DNA of 64,000 nucleotides from Candidatus Coprovivens sp. GTDB taxonomy: Bacteria > Bacillota_I > Bacilli_A > RF39 > UBA660. The translations under genes and the position numbers were made by a program. Below are positions 1 through 9,995 of this stretch, piece after piece. The notes beneath the pieces were generated by a model that made no database searches, was not told the DNA's origin, and worked only from the letters and a program-made list of their open reading frames with translations. Each line of letters begins with the position of its first letter. Position 1 is the stretch's first letter. The DNA lies in assembly GCA_051892935.1 (NCBI GenBank), contig JBJFGS010000010.1, positions 1 through 64,000 on the forward strand, given 5' to 3'.

Positions 1-457
1 CTATATGCATACATTGTACACATAATCCTTCATCATAAGTTAGAAATTCTACTCTTGAAAAATCTTGTTTCTTTTTCTTTGTAGCTTCTTCAATAGCCCA
101 ATTGAAATCTTCTTTTGTTACAAAATCTGGTAATCTTATAATAGATATAAAGTTCATAATGTTTTTATTATTATAATCAATGCTATCTTTTAAGCCATCT
201 TGCCACCAAAATCCTTCAAGAGGTGGAACAACATATTCAAAGAAACCTTCTATTTTATGCTTTCCTTTATAACTCATTTTTATTGTGTATGCTATTCCAT
301 ATAATAAACCAATCGTATTTTGATAATCGCCATTTTCTTCATTAGGGTTACCTGTTCCTCTTACTGCTATATAGTTCATTTTATGAATTTCTACTATACT
401 AGGTTTATTTTTAGGTAGGTAGAATTCTTTATATTCTTTTATATAATCAAATGCCAT
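1..457 (-). CDS. GyrI-like small-molecule-binding domain protein (3' end runs off the window)
   Basis: Read manually from ATG at 457: MAFDYIKEYKEFYLPKNKPSIVEI..YIAVRGTGNPN..LLYGIAYTIKM..YVVPPLEGFWW..IRLPDFVT..EGLCVQCMHI; open to the window edge; not in the ORF track. Confidence 0.85.
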   Translation of the reverse strand, partial: MAFDYIKEYKEFYLPKNKPSIVEIHKMNYIAVRGTGNPNEENGDYQNTIGLLYGIAYTIKMSYKGKHKIEGFFEYVVPPLEGFWWQDGLKDSIDYNNKNIMNFISIIRLPDFVTKEDFNWAIEEATKKKKQDFSRVEFLTYDEGLCVQCMHI

Positions 458-472
458 TATATGCTTCTCTTT

Positions 473-1276
473 CTACTTTATTGGTACTTGTATTTCTGTT
501 AACCAATCTTCTACATTTTCTTTATTCCAAATTCCCTCAATATAACATTCTCTTGGAAAACCTGTTATTTCTAACTTATTATCTTCAATGTACTTCATAA
601 TCTTCGCATATGATTTTCCTAAAGTATCATAAGAACCTTTGTGATAAATACATATGCATTTTGTTTCAGGAATATCCATAAACTTAATACTTTCATTTTC
701 TTTGAATGGAGTACTTTCTTTAATTACTGCTTGAGCATATCTAACCTTTATATTTTTCTCCTTATACTCTCCATCTAAATAATTAACATAGCAATAATCT
801 GGTTCAACACATTTTATATTAGGATTTAATTTCATACACTCAGCTCCAGAATTTAAAATAAATTCTGATGCTTCACTATAATCTTTTAAAACGCCCTCCT
901 TATAATAAACATAATAAGCAGGTATCACTTTTTCGAAAATTTCTTCTTTCATATTATTCTCCTCCAATAAATAATTAATTTTAGAGAGCTTACTATTATA
1001 ATCAAAAATAACTTTTTCAAATTCCTTCTTCTTTGATTTAAGTAATTCATCCAAAGAATCATTTTTAATTATTATCTGCTTTATTTCTTCAATTGTTAAT
1101 CCAATTTGCTTTAGATAAATAATTCTCGATAATTCTAATAATTGATTACTTTCATAATATCTATATCCACTATATTCATCAACATATTTTGGAATTAATA
1201 ATTTTTCCTTTTCATAATATCTTAAAGCCTTAATAGTAACCTTTGACATTTTAGAAAAATCACCTATTTTTAACAT
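473..1276 (-). CDS. MerR-family transcriptional regulator with C-terminal GyrI-like domain (BmrR/BltR type)
   Basis: N-terminal MLKIGDFSKMSKVTIKALRYYEK..GYRYY MerR HTH; C-terminal HKGSY..RECYIEG..TEIQVPIK. Confidence 0.92.
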   Translation of the reverse strand: MLKIGDFSKMSKVTIKALRYYEKEKLLIPKYVDEYSGYRYYESNQLLELSRIIYLKQIGLTIEEIKQIIIKNDSLDELLKSKKKEFEKVIFDYNSKLSKINYLLEENNMKEEIFEKVIPAYYVYYKEGVLKDYSEASEFILNSGAECMKLNPNIKCVEPDYCYVNYLDGEYKEKNIKVRYAQAVIKESTPFKENESIKFMDIPETKCICIYHKGSYDTLGKSYAKIMKYIEDNKLEITGFPRECYIEGIWNKENVEDWLTEIQVPIK

Positions 1277-1296
1277 AATATCGCCTCCTAAAATTA

Positions 1297-1327
1297 TTTA
1301 TACACTATCCCCTAAGAGGAGAGTCAA
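1297..1327 (-). promoter_or_regulatory. MerR-type promoter/operator
   Basis: TTGACT (1322-1327), 19-bp spacer, TATAAA (1297-1302); imperfect dyad ACTATCCCCT/AGAGGAGAGT (8 of 10 match) at 1304-1324. Confidence 0.75.
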
Positions 1328-1380
1328 TACTTTTTTATTTCATATTTTTAAATAATTAGGGAATAATTTGATTAACTGCA

Positions 1381-1680
1381 TTATTCCATTAACATTTTTT
1401 CTTTATCTGACAAAAACTTTTCAACATCAATATTCATTCTATCAGACAACACCATTAACCACCATATGCATTCACTTATTTTTTGTTCTAAAGAATTATC
1501 AGATTCATCTGGCCATCTATTTTGATTATCCATTGTTAATCTTCCAACCAATCCTGCATCAGTCATAAAAGCCAATGCATCTTCTTCAACATTCCATTTT
1601 GTACAATGATATTTTTATTCTAATTTGTGATATTCATTTCTTATATTTACTGAACGACTTTTTATTTCTTCTAATTTCAT
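1381..1680 (-). pseudogene. MazG-like (NTP pyrophosphohydrolase-fold) small protein with an internal stop
   Basis: ATG at 1680 gives MKLEEIKSRSVNIRNEYHKLE, then in-frame TAA (1615-1617), then KYHCTKWNVEEDALAFMTDAGLVGRL..KISECIWWLMVLSDRMNID in the same frame. Confidence 0.7.
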
Positions 1681-1852
1681 TTCACTCACTCACATATATC
1701 AAAAAATACTTATTAGTACTTAATACTATTTATTATAACATTTAAAAAAATCAAATCTTACTATTGATTTGATTTTTTTATTAATTATCAAATATTATTT
1801 TTTTACTATCTTCTTTTATATTCAAAAAGTAATTTTTTATTAATTATAAGAA

Positions 1853-3274
1853 TTACACATGATTAATATTTGTAAATTCTGATATTTCTTTATTCGTAGT
1901 TACGATATCTTCATTATTTAATTCATGTATATCATAATGACCAGTTATCCTAGCAAAAGTTTTAAGTTCTTCATTTACTACACTTAAATAGTTTTCGAGT
2001 CTTTTAGCACTCATATCAACTTTAAGTCTAGATCTTAATCCTTCATCTTGAGTAGCTACTCCTACTGGACACATACCACTATGACAAATTCTGTATTGTT
2101 GACATGCTATTGCAATCATAGCTGCGGTTGCAATTGCAATTACATCTGCTCCCATTGCTAAAGCTTTCGCAAAATCAGCAGAAGTTCTAAGTCCTCCTGT
2201 GATAATCAAAGTAATATCTTTTTCACTATGTTCATCCAGATATTTTCTTGCACGATATAAAGCATATATAGTTGGAACACTTGTAGCATCCTTTATTACT
2301 TTAAGGCTTGATCCAGTTGCTCCACCACGTCCATCAATTGTAATAAAATCAGGTTTAGCATAACAAGCAAATTCTAAATCTTCTTCGATATGTTCAGCTG
2401 CTAACTTAATACCTATTGGTCTTCCTTCACTACGATTCCTCAAATTATTTACTAGATTCTTTAAATCTTCCTTTGACTTGATTTCTTCAAATTTTGATGG
2501 ACTTACAACATCTTCTCCGACATTCTTAGATCTAATATTAGCAATTTCCTCAGTAACTTTTTCGCCAGGTAGATGTCCACCCATTCCAGGTTTTGTACCT
2601 TGTCCTATTTTTATTTCAATAGCATCTACATTTTTTAAATTCTCATCTGTAACACTATATTTATTCGGAACGTATTCAAATATGTACTTATAAGCATTAT
2701 CTCGTTCCTCAGGAAGTATTCCACCTTCTCCACTACATATAGCAGTCTTAACTGCTGCACTTCCCTTAGCTAAAGCTTTTTTTGCTTCTTTAGATAAAGC
2801 TCCAAAAGACATATGAGAAATTATTACTGGAGAGTCAATTTCAAGAGGTTTTTTAGCATTTTTGCCAATAATAGTTTTTAGACTAACTTCTTCATTATCT
2901 AATAGTGGCATCTTAGCAAGTTGACCACCTAATATTAAAATATCATTCCATTTTACAACAGGTAAAGTTGTACTCATCGCAGAAGTAATACTATGACCAG
3001 TCGTTGCCATTTTTTGTATGTCTGCAAAGCAAGTCTCAACTTCATCTTCATCTCTTTTATATTCTTTTAAATAAGTTTCAACACTATTATTATTTGAGTT
3101 TACTTTTTCTGTGACACTTTTTTCTTTTTTTACTTCTTCTTCCACTAATACAAAATCACTCTTTTGCGCACCACACATTGGACATTTCCAATCATCCGGT
3201 AGTTCTTCAAACTTAACTCCTTCTACCTCTTCATCATAAATATATCCGCATAACAAACATTTATATTTAGCCAT
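1853..3274 (-). CDS. Rubredoxin fused to an FMN-binding glutamate synthase (GltB-like) domain
   Basis: [17 protein letters not shown] rubredoxin; [38 protein letters not shown], and the [20 protein letters not shown] 3Fe-4S motif. Confidence 0.92.
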   Translation of the reverse strand: MAKYKCLLCGYIYDEEVEGVKFEELPDDWKCPMCGAQKSDFVLVEEEVKKEKSVTEKVNSNNNSVETYLKEYKRDEDEVETCFADIQKMATTGHSITSAMSTTLPVVKWNDILILGGQLAKMPLLDNEEVSLKTIIGKNAKKPLEIDSPVIISHMSFGALSKEAKKALAKGSAAVKTAICSGEGGILPEERDNAYKYIFEYVPNKYSVTDENLKNVDAIEIKIGQGTKPGMGGHLPGEKVTEEIANIRSKNVGEDVVSPSKFEEIKSKEDLKNLVNNLRNRSEGRPIGIKLAAEHIEEDLEFACYAKPDFITIDGRGGATGSSLKVIKDATSVPTIYALYRARKYLDEHSEKDITLIITGGLRTSADFAKALAMGADVIAIATAAMIAIACQQYRICHSGMCPVGVATQDEGLRSRLKVDMSAKRLENYLSVVNEELKTFARITGHYDIHELNNEDIVTTNKEISEFTNINHV

Positions 3275-3748
3275 AAAAATTTCTCCTTTTCTAATTTACA
3301 TTTTTATTTTGTTTTTCACATATGTATGCTATAAAAAACTCATCACTTTCTAATAAGAATTATAACAAATATAAATTTTAAAAACTATTATAAAAAATGG
3401 ATTTTATTATAAATATTTTTTATAAATAAGATAATTATGTTAATTTAATTAAAGTATGATTTTAATAAAAAACATAAAAATAATTTTTTCATATTATAAT
3501 TGTATATAGTTAAAATTATTTAATAAGTCTAAAGCTATTTAATACAAATAAAAATAGAGCCTTTCGGCTCCTTTATGGGACAAAACTTTCTTGTACTCTT
3601 TTAAAATATAATCTTATTTTTCAGTTAATTAGCTTTATTTAAAATTAAAAATTACCATTTTTTTAGTAAAATTTACTAATCTTAGCACATAAATAATGTC
3701 TAATATTGTAATTTAATCTCACCTATAAATTTAATTTTGTATTATTAA

Positions 3749-4015
3749 TTAGAAATTATTCAATTTGCTTTGCAAAAATTTTTCAAAGTGCTTCAAACCA
3801 TACTCTTTATTGTAATAATTTGGAAATTCATTTAAATGTGCTAAAGCTATTTTAGCAGTCATAATTAAATTGTCATTAGTTACATTTGTTCTAGGGCTTA
3901 TAGTTCCATGTTCTAATTCAATGTTAATGCCTTCTAAAAACTCTTCTGGACTAAACTTATCAAAATTTATTTCCAATATTGCCGCCACATACAAAGCATC
4001 TTGTAAATTATACAT
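3749..4015 (-). CDS. DUF5661-like small protein
   Basis: GINIELEHG..TNVTNDNLIMTAKIALAHLNEFPNYY motif; start placed at the ATG following a GGTGA RBS. Confidence 0.65.
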   Translation of the reverse strand: MYNLQDALYVAAILEINFDKFSPEEFLEGINIELEHGTISPRTNVTNDNLIMTAKIALAHLNEFPNYYNKEYGLKHFEKFLQSKLNNF

Positions 4016-4272
4016 AAACATCACCAATATAATATATGTATAAATCTATAAATAAGATAATTGTTTAGTTTCTTTGACTGTGATAACTCTAAACATCGAT
4101 GTATCTACTTTTTCTACAATTTCAATTCATTTCTAGTTTCAAATTTATTTTTATTAGTATTACATTCTTTTTATACAAATAAAAGAAAAATATATATTGT
4201 AATCATTAAGATTTTTTCATAAATATTTATCCCTTTTAATTAATCAATAATTTATAATTAATATGTCTATTA

Positions 4273-5430
4273 TTATTCTATTTCAATAAATAATTTACCA
4301 AATATATTTTTTACAAAATCATTATCGTTCATTTTATTTTCTAAATACTTATTAAAATTATCTTTATTAATTCCATTACTAATTATATCGCTATAATTTG
4401 GATATAATTTTTCAATTTGTTTTCGACTTATATTATATGATTTACCACTAAAATTAAATGTTATTTTTTCAACATTATTAATTAAAGAAAATATAGAAAC
4501 TGAATTATATAATAAGGTCTTTTCTAAGTAATAGTTTTCATTTATATACCAATCAGTAATATGATAGTCTATGATTAATTCTAAGTTTACAGAGTCTATT
4601 TCAAATACATAGCCATATTCTGATAATGGTAAATTATTTATTAAATTGCCATCATTACTATTATTACCTATATACTTATTTTTATATTTTATTATGTTGT
4701 CTATTCCTGATTTATCTCTATTAAATGGAGTAATTGGTATTGTATCTTCTGTATATGTTTTATTTGTATCGATTATGTAGTATTCGTTTTTAGTATCTCT
4801 ATTTATTCTATATACATTGTATAATAATGTTTTATAAATAATTATATTTTCATTTGTTTCTTTGACATAGCTAAATCTCGGAGCTTGTTTTATATTTATA
4901 ACACTTATATAATCTATTAAAAGTAATGCTAAAATAAAGATAATAAGATAACCTATATTAATAAATAATCTTTTAAAATAATTTAGTTTTTTTGTTATTT
5001 TAAAAATACCTATTAAAGAAATTATACATCCAAGGATAGAATAAATACTTCCCCAACTACTTTCACTTGGAAATATAGTCATTGCTGAAATTGAAATCAT
5101 TATTCCAAATATTATTAAAATAATACTAATATAATTATTCTTTTGTAATACCCTTTTATTAGTATAATCAATGGTACTAATAATATTTTCTTCTAATTTT
5201 TCTTGATATTTATCTTGTGATACTTTTTCACCACTTATTAAATCATTAATAGTAATATCTAGTTCTTCACATAATCCTTTAAATAATGATAAGTCTGGCA
5301 TGTTTCGACCATTTTCCCAATTACTTATTGATTTATCTGATACTCCTAGTTTCTCGGCTAATTCAGATTGAGTTAGTTTTTTATTTTTCCTACATTCAGA
5401 AATAAATTTTCCTATTTTTTCTTGATTCAT
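4273..5430 (-). CDS. Membrane-anchored XRE-family HTH regulator with C-terminal DUF4825-like domain
   Basis: LTQSELAEKLGVSDKSISNWENGRNMPD HTH; three hydrophobic segments; KYKNKYIGNNS..LINNLP and SIFSLINNVEKITF motifs. Confidence 0.8.
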   Translation of the reverse strand: MNQEKIGKFISECRKNKKLTQSELAEKLGVSDKSISNWENGRNMPDLSLFKGLCEELDITINDLISGEKVSQDKYQEKLEENIISTIDYTNKRVLQKNNYISIILIIFGIMISISAMTIFPSESSWGSIYSILGCIISLIGIFKITKKLNYFKRLFINIGYLIIFILALLLIDYISVINIKQAPRFSYVKETNENIIIYKTLLYNVYRINRDTKNEYYIIDTNKTYTEDTIPITPFNRDKSGIDNIIKYKNKYIGNNSNDGNLINNLPLSEYGYVFEIDSVNLELIIDYHITDWYINENYYLEKTLLYNSVSIFSLINNVEKITFNFSGKSYNISRKQIEKLYPNYSDIISNGINKDNFNKYLENKMNDNDFVKNIFGKLFIEIE

Positions 5431-5627
5431 AAAAAATTCTCCTTTTCATGATTTTATTATGCTGTTAATCAATAAATAATAACAGGAAATATAACTAGAG
5501 TTTTATTAATATATTTTATCATAAAAAAATTATTATGAGATTAGTGTATTCTATGTTATCAACTATAATAAAAATATAATAAAAATCTTAAAAGTATGAT
5601 AAAATAAAAACATAAGGAGTGATAGTT

Positions 5628-5870
5628 ATGTTAGGTGAATCAGAAAAACAGATTGATTCAAGAACAAAGTTTGTAGTTGGAAGCGAGGAATATAATAATT
5701 ACTATTTTCCTATAATTGATAATTCTGATGATAAATTGATTTATGAAAAAAAAGATAGAATTACTTTAGAAGATACAGCAATTGATCCTAAGACAGGGTT
5801 TGTTATAGGAAGTGAAGAATATAATAATTATTATTCTTCTGAAGTTGAAGACTTAGGAAGACATAGATAA
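5628..5870 (+). CDS. Small hypothetical protein with a duplicated 18-aa motif
   Basis: AAGGAG RBS; IDSRTKFVVGSEEYNNYY and IDPKTGFVIGSEEYNNYY; palindromic hairpin immediately downstream. Confidence 0.7.
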   Translation: MLGESEKQIDSRTKFVVGSEEYNNYYFPIIDNSDDKLIYEKKDRITLEDTAIDPKTGFVIGSEEYNNYYSSEVEDLGRHR

Positions 5871-5881
5871 TAAATACTAAT

Positions 5882-5903
5882 AGCTATAATTATAGCTTTT
5901 TTA
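5882..5903 (+). terminator. Putative intrinsic terminator
   Basis: AGCTATAATTATAGCT palindrome followed by a T run. Confidence 0.5.
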
Positions 5904-5979
5904 TAAAATCACTATAATAAAAGGGTATAAAAAATTTAAAATATATGATAAAACAATATAGAAAGGTAGTGTGATATGT

Positions 5980-7245
5980 ATGAATTATGAACAAAATAAT
6001 TCTAATACACAAGGTAATAATGGAATGCCTAATAATCAAAATATTCAAGTTAGTCAAAATCAACAGAATTATATGCAAAATAGCAATTTACAAACAGGTA
6101 TGGAACAATTAAACACGTCAATCCAACAAAATGCAAATTACCCAAATAGTGTTGCTTATCAGCAGCCTACTACTAATGATACTAGTAATGATGATTTAAT
6201 AAAGTTCTTTATTGGAAAAAATTATGAGAAAATAACAACTAGAAATTTCAATTTTGCAGGATTCTTTTTTGCAGGATTGTATATGTTTTATAGAAAAATG
6301 TTTCTATATGGTATTTTATTTTACTTGATTTCTTTAACAGTTTCTCTAATAACTAATAATCTTTTTATAAGTCTATTGCTTAATATATTAGTTGGTCTTT
6401 TTGTAAATAAATTATATTTATATTTTGTTAATAAAAGAATCGAAAAGATTAAAATTCAAAATCCTAATAAAAGTATAGATGATATAAAACTAATATGTAT
6501 GTCTAAAGGCGGAACAAGTATAGGTCTAATATTTTGGGGATTTTTTTCTTGTATTGGTATACAACTAATTGTGTCAGTAGCAATGATTATTATGGGATTT
6601 GGTGATGTTGTTAGTAAATATTTTAATATTAATAATTTTAAAGTAATAATAAATAAGAATGATTCTAGTTCTAATAATGACTCAGATAAGGAGAAAGATG
6701 ATAATACTATATTAGCTGAAGATGTTAATATTATTGGTTATACTTGTATTCTTTCTAATTGCACTATTTCAATTGGAGAAATTGGTAATACTTTAGAATA
6801 TAAATTAAAAGTTAATAATGCTGATTTATTTAAAGAATTAAATAATTATAGTGATTATATTAGAATAGATGTTTATTATACACAAAAGGGTGATGTTCGT
6901 ACTATTACTGATTTTAAAATTTATTTAAAAATAAATAATGAAGAAATAAGTAATTCTTCAAGTGTAAATGAATTAAGAACTAAAATAGGTTTATATTTAG
7001 CTGGAACTCATTCAGATTCACTCACATTAAAAAAAATTGGTAGTACAGGAATTGGTTATGATGGAGATTATTCCTATACTTATACAGAGTTTTTATTTGT
7101 AAGTAGTAAAAATATCGAATACAAGATGAAATATATAAATTATAATAACTCCTTAATTTTGGTTGAAGGTAATACTTATAATGTTACTTTTGAAGTTATT
7201 GAAGAAGACTTGGAATATGATTTTTATATTAAAGAAATTAAGTAG
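5980..7245 (+). CDS. DUF2628-like membrane protein with Q/N-rich N-terminus and extracellular C-terminal region
   Basis: FIGKNYEKI..FNFAGFFFAGLYMFYRKMF..NKLYLYFVNKRI..KGGTS motif; several TM segments. Confidence 0.75.
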   Translation: MNYEQNNSNTQGNNGMPNNQNIQVSQNQQNYMQNSNLQTGMEQLNTSIQQNANYPNSVAYQQPTTNDTSNDDLIKFFIGKNYEKITTRNFNFAGFFFAGLYMFYRKMFLYGILFYLISLTVSLITNNLFISLLLNILVGLFVNKLYLYFVNKRIEKIKIQNPNKSIDDIKLICMSKGGTSIGLIFWGFFSCIGIQLIVSVAMIIMGFGDVVSKYFNINNFKVIINKNDSSSNNDSDKEKDDNTILAEDVNIIGYTCILSNCTISIGEIGNTLEYKLKVNNADLFKELNNYSDYIRIDVYYTQKGDVRTITDFKIYLKINNEEISNSSSVNELRTKIGLYLAGTHSDSLTLKKIGSTGIGYDGDYSYTYTEFLFVSSKNIEYKMKYINYNNSLILVEGNTYNVTFEVIEEDLEYDFYIKEIK

Positions 7246-7258
7246 TTTATTATAATTA

Positions 7259-7290
7259 AAAGAAGCAAACTTTAGAAGTTTGCTTTTTTT
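7259..7290 (+). terminator. Intrinsic terminator, possibly bidirectional
   Basis: AAGCAAACTT-TAG-AAGTTTGCTT followed by a T run. Confidence 0.7.
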
Positions 7291-7387
7291 GATTGTTATG
7301 ATATTTAGAACACTTTATTTATTTTCTTTAATATTTTATACCATATATCCGCAAAAATAGCATTTTATGATTTTAAAAGTATATTTA

Positions 7388-7741
7388 TTATTTCAATTTA
7401 TTCTTTATCCATTCATTGGTTTTGATTTTAGCTTCTTCAATTACATTTTTTATTGGATATACTAAATCTAATTTGGAAACTATGTTATTTCCTTTTAATA
7501 TTTCTTCATAATTTTTCCAAGTATTTCTTAGATTTCCACCATTGCAAACTAGTAAATAAATATTTTTATTTTCTAATTTATTATCTAATAGAAAAGTATT
7601 TATTGGTGGCGCATAAGTTCCAAACCAACAAGGTGAATCTATAATGATATTATCATATTTAGATAAATCAATATTGTATTCCTCTAATTTAGGTTTTTTT
7701 GTCATATAAACCTGCATACTACCCCAAACAAATCTAAATAA
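7388..7741 (-). pseudogene. N-terminally truncated flavodoxin
   Basis: KKPKLEEYNIDLSKYDNIIIDSPCWFGTYAPPINTFL..CNGG; the usual N-terminal YxSxxGNT FMN-binding loop is absent. Confidence 0.65.
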
Positions 7742-7951
7742 ACTTTTAGTTTTTTTCTTTCTTTTAAATATAAATCGATATTATTTATTAATAATTTAAG
7801 AATTAATAATTCTTGTGCTCCAGTTATATGATAATAGTTTTTTGTCCCATCTTTTTCTATTGATATTATTTTTTCATCAAGCAATAATTTCCTTTTTAAT
7901 ATCTTTTGTTAATTCAATTTTTAATTCAGTATACTCATCTTCAACATGCAT
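7702..7951 (-). pseudogene. Remnant of an ArsR/SmtB-type regulator
   Basis: RBS AGGTGA plus ATG at 7951 (MHVEDEYTELK) stops early; a shifted frame gives LLDEKIISIEKDGTKNYYHI, resembling an ArsR wing; the central HTH is missing. Confidence 0.45.
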
Positions 7952-8057
7952 TTATATCACCTCAAATATAGTATGTACAAGACAAAAAGTATTATCAACA
8001 CATTCGGTCACTTTTCTCTCATCCAAAATATAAAATTAAATATTTTTCTTATACAAA

Positions 8058-8083
8058 CAAAAAAACGAACTAAAAAAGTTCGA
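8058..8083 (-). terminator. Terminator downstream of tRNA-Leu
   Basis: CGAACT..AGTTCG stem with a U tract on the minus strand. Confidence 0.55.
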
Positions 8084-8096
8084 ATAAATATCAATA

Positions 8097-8183
8097 TGGT
8101 GCCTGTGGTGGGACTCGAACCCACACGTTATTGCTAACACTGGATTTTGAGTCCAGCGCGTCTACCAATTCCGCCACACAGGC
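8097..8183 (-). tRNA. tRNA-Leu (anticodon CAA)
   Basis: GCCTGTGTGGCGGAATTGGTAGACGCGCTGGACTCAAAATCCAG..GTTCGAGTCCCACCACAGGCACCA; long variable arm; encoded CCA. Confidence 0.97.
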
Positions 8184-8247
8184 ATTACATAAATAATTAT
8201 AACATATTTTATAGAAAAATAAAGAAAAGATTTAGAAAATCTAAATC

Positions 8248-8826
8248 TTATTGTATAAAACCATACTTTTTAAAGGCATCTTTTAATGTATCAATATCTT
8301 TACTTCCTATTATTCGTGAATCGGGGATTTCAATTCCATCTTGATAAAATATTGTCGTAGGTGTTCCGTTGGATTGAGTAATTTCTAAAATATTTTCATA
8401 TTCATCTTCAGATAAGGTTAGTAAGTCTATTTCATAACCTGGAAGATTGTATGTATTTACTATATTATAGTATTTTGGTAAGTATTCTTGACAATGAGAA
8501 CAAAGTGCTTGACTTATTACAAGAATGAATGTTTCTTTATTATTTATCTTTTCTTGATATTCTGAAAATGTTATCTTATGACTATCTGTTGTTTCATCAT
8601 ATGTTTTATTATTACCATACATTGTTTCATAATAATCTAGTTGATATTCTAATTCTTTAATTTCATTTTTATATTTTTTAACTTTTATTTTTTGTTCTGA
8701 TATTTCATCTTCTAAATCATCAATTATTTGGTTTCTTTTAGTTAATTCGATATATGAATATATATTACCTGTTACTAATAATATTGCTATTATAATAGCT
8801 ATTATTTTTATTACTTTTTTGTTCAT
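8248..8826 (-). CDS. Membrane-anchored coiled-coil plus thioredoxin-fold protein
   Basis: N-terminal TM, coiled coil, CSHC motif and GTPTTIFYQDG cis-Pro motif. Confidence 0.8.
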   Translation of the reverse strand: MNKKVIKIIAIIIAILLVTGNIYSYIELTKRNQIIDDLEDEISEQKIKVKKYKNEIKELEYQLDYYETMYGNNKTYDETTDSHKITFSEYQEKINNKETFILVISQALCSHCQEYLPKYYNIVNTYNLPGYEIDLLTLSEDEYENILEITQSNGTPTTIFYQDGIEIPDSRIIGSKDIDTLKDAFKKYGFIQ

Positions 8827-8836
8827 GGTACCACCT

Positions 8837-9430
8837 TTATTCTATTATTTCTATTCCAAGTAGTTTTGCTAAATCAATCGCTTGAAACTGATTTACTATT
8901 ATTCCTTTTAGACATTTACTTTCTAATTTTATTCCTTCTATATTACAGTTACTAAAATTAATACCAGATAATTTTGTTGATAGAAATTCGCTTGAATAAA
9001 AGTTGGTGTTATCTAATATTGTTTTTTGTAATTCAACGTTATAAAAGTTGCTTTCTGTAAAATCTGATTTTGCTATTGTTAGTTCTTTTGTCTTTGTATC
9101 TACAATATTAATATATTTACATAGTGAATTATTGATTATTACTTTTGTAGTATGACAATTATTTAAATTAGCTCCAATTAATTTGCAATTAAGGAATTCT
9201 ACTTCTCGAAAATTACAATCTATAAATTTTATATTTGATAAATCACAATTATTAAATATTATCTTTTCAAAATAAATATTTTCATATGTTGATGTTGTAA
9301 GGTCACATTTATCAAATTTGGTATTTACAATGCTTTTATTGTGTATTTCTACATTGGAAAATATTTCTTTTTGATATTCTTCGTTATATATATCTTCTTC
9401 ATCTTCTAAATATAAACTAATTTTGTTCAT
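8837..9430 (-). CDS. Pentapeptide-repeat protein
   Basis: Repeats such as FDKCDLT, FNNCDLS, FLNCKLIGANL, FSNCNI; QAIDLAKLLGI tail. Confidence 0.9.
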   Translation of the reverse strand: MNKISLYLEDEEDIYNEEYQKEIFSNVEIHNKSIVNTKFDKCDLTTSTYENIYFEKIIFNNCDLSNIKFIDCNFREVEFLNCKLIGANLNNCHTTKVIINNSLCKYINIVDTKTKELTIAKSDFTESNFYNVELQKTILDNTNFYSSEFLSTKLSGINFSNCNIEGIKLESKCLKGIIVNQFQAIDLAKLLGIEIIE

Positions 9431-9995
9431 TTTCTGTTTTTTCCTTGTAGATAGATGTGAATAACTCTGTTTCTTCTTCAGTAGGTTCTTCTTTGGTTAG
9501 TATTGTTGGTAGTTCGCTGATTGAAGATAGTCCGAAGTAATCTAAGAATTCACTTGTTGTCGCATATAGGTTTGGGCGACCTGGCATAGTTGATTTTCCT
9601 GCTTCTTTTATAAGTCCTTTAGCAATTAGCTTTCTTATCATTTGACCATTATTAACGCCACGCATTTCATCTACTTCTAATCTAGTTATCGGTTGGTTAT
9701 AAGCTATTATTGCAAGAACTTCTAGAGCTGCTGGAGATAGAGTGTTGCTTTCAGGATTTTCGATTAATTTTTGATAGTATTCTTTATGCTCTTTTTTTGT
9801 TGTTAATTTAAACGCGTCTCCAAGATAACTTATTCTAATTCCTCTATTGTCAGCATCGTAACTTTTTTTTAGTTCCATAAGTAATCTCTTGGCTTCTTCT
9901 AAATCAATATTTAATATGTCACATATTTGAGTTAAAGTTACTCCTTCATCTCCAACTACAAATAGTATTCCCTCCAAAACTCCTAATAAATTCAT
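9417..9995 (-). CDS. scpB: SMC-Scp complex subunit ScpB
   Basis: LEGILFVVGDEG, LSPAALEVLAIIAYNQPITR, GRPNLYATTSEFLDYFGL. Confidence 0.97.
   Translation of the reverse strand: MNLLGVLEGILFVVGDEGVTLTQICDILNIDLEEAKRLLMELKKSYDADNRGIRISYLGDAFKLTTKKEHKEYYQKLIENPESNTLSPAALEVLAIIAYNQPITRLEVDEMRGVNNGQMIRKLIAKGLIKEAGKSTMPGRPNLYATTSEFLDYFGLSSISELPTILTKEEPTEEETELFTSIYKEKTENEQN

Noticed and set aside
1615-1617. Internal stop in the MazG-like gene as evidence of stop-codon reassignment
   Set aside because: It is TAA, the main terminator in this window; other genes end normally at TAA, TAG and TGA
3557-3570. GAGCC-TTTC-GGCTC hairpin in an AT-rich gap as a structured RNA
   Set aside because: Preceded by an A-rich tract and best explained as a minus-strand terminator; no further structure seen
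8097-8183. tRNA-Leu as the attachment site of an intact prophage or ICE
   Set aside because: No duplicate of the tRNA 3' end and no integrase seen in the window
7946-8344. Plus-strand ORFs 7946..8137 and 8147..8344
   Set aside because: They overlap the tRNA on the opposite strand; VPVVGLEPT and SPARLPIPP are typical tRNA-antisense artefacts
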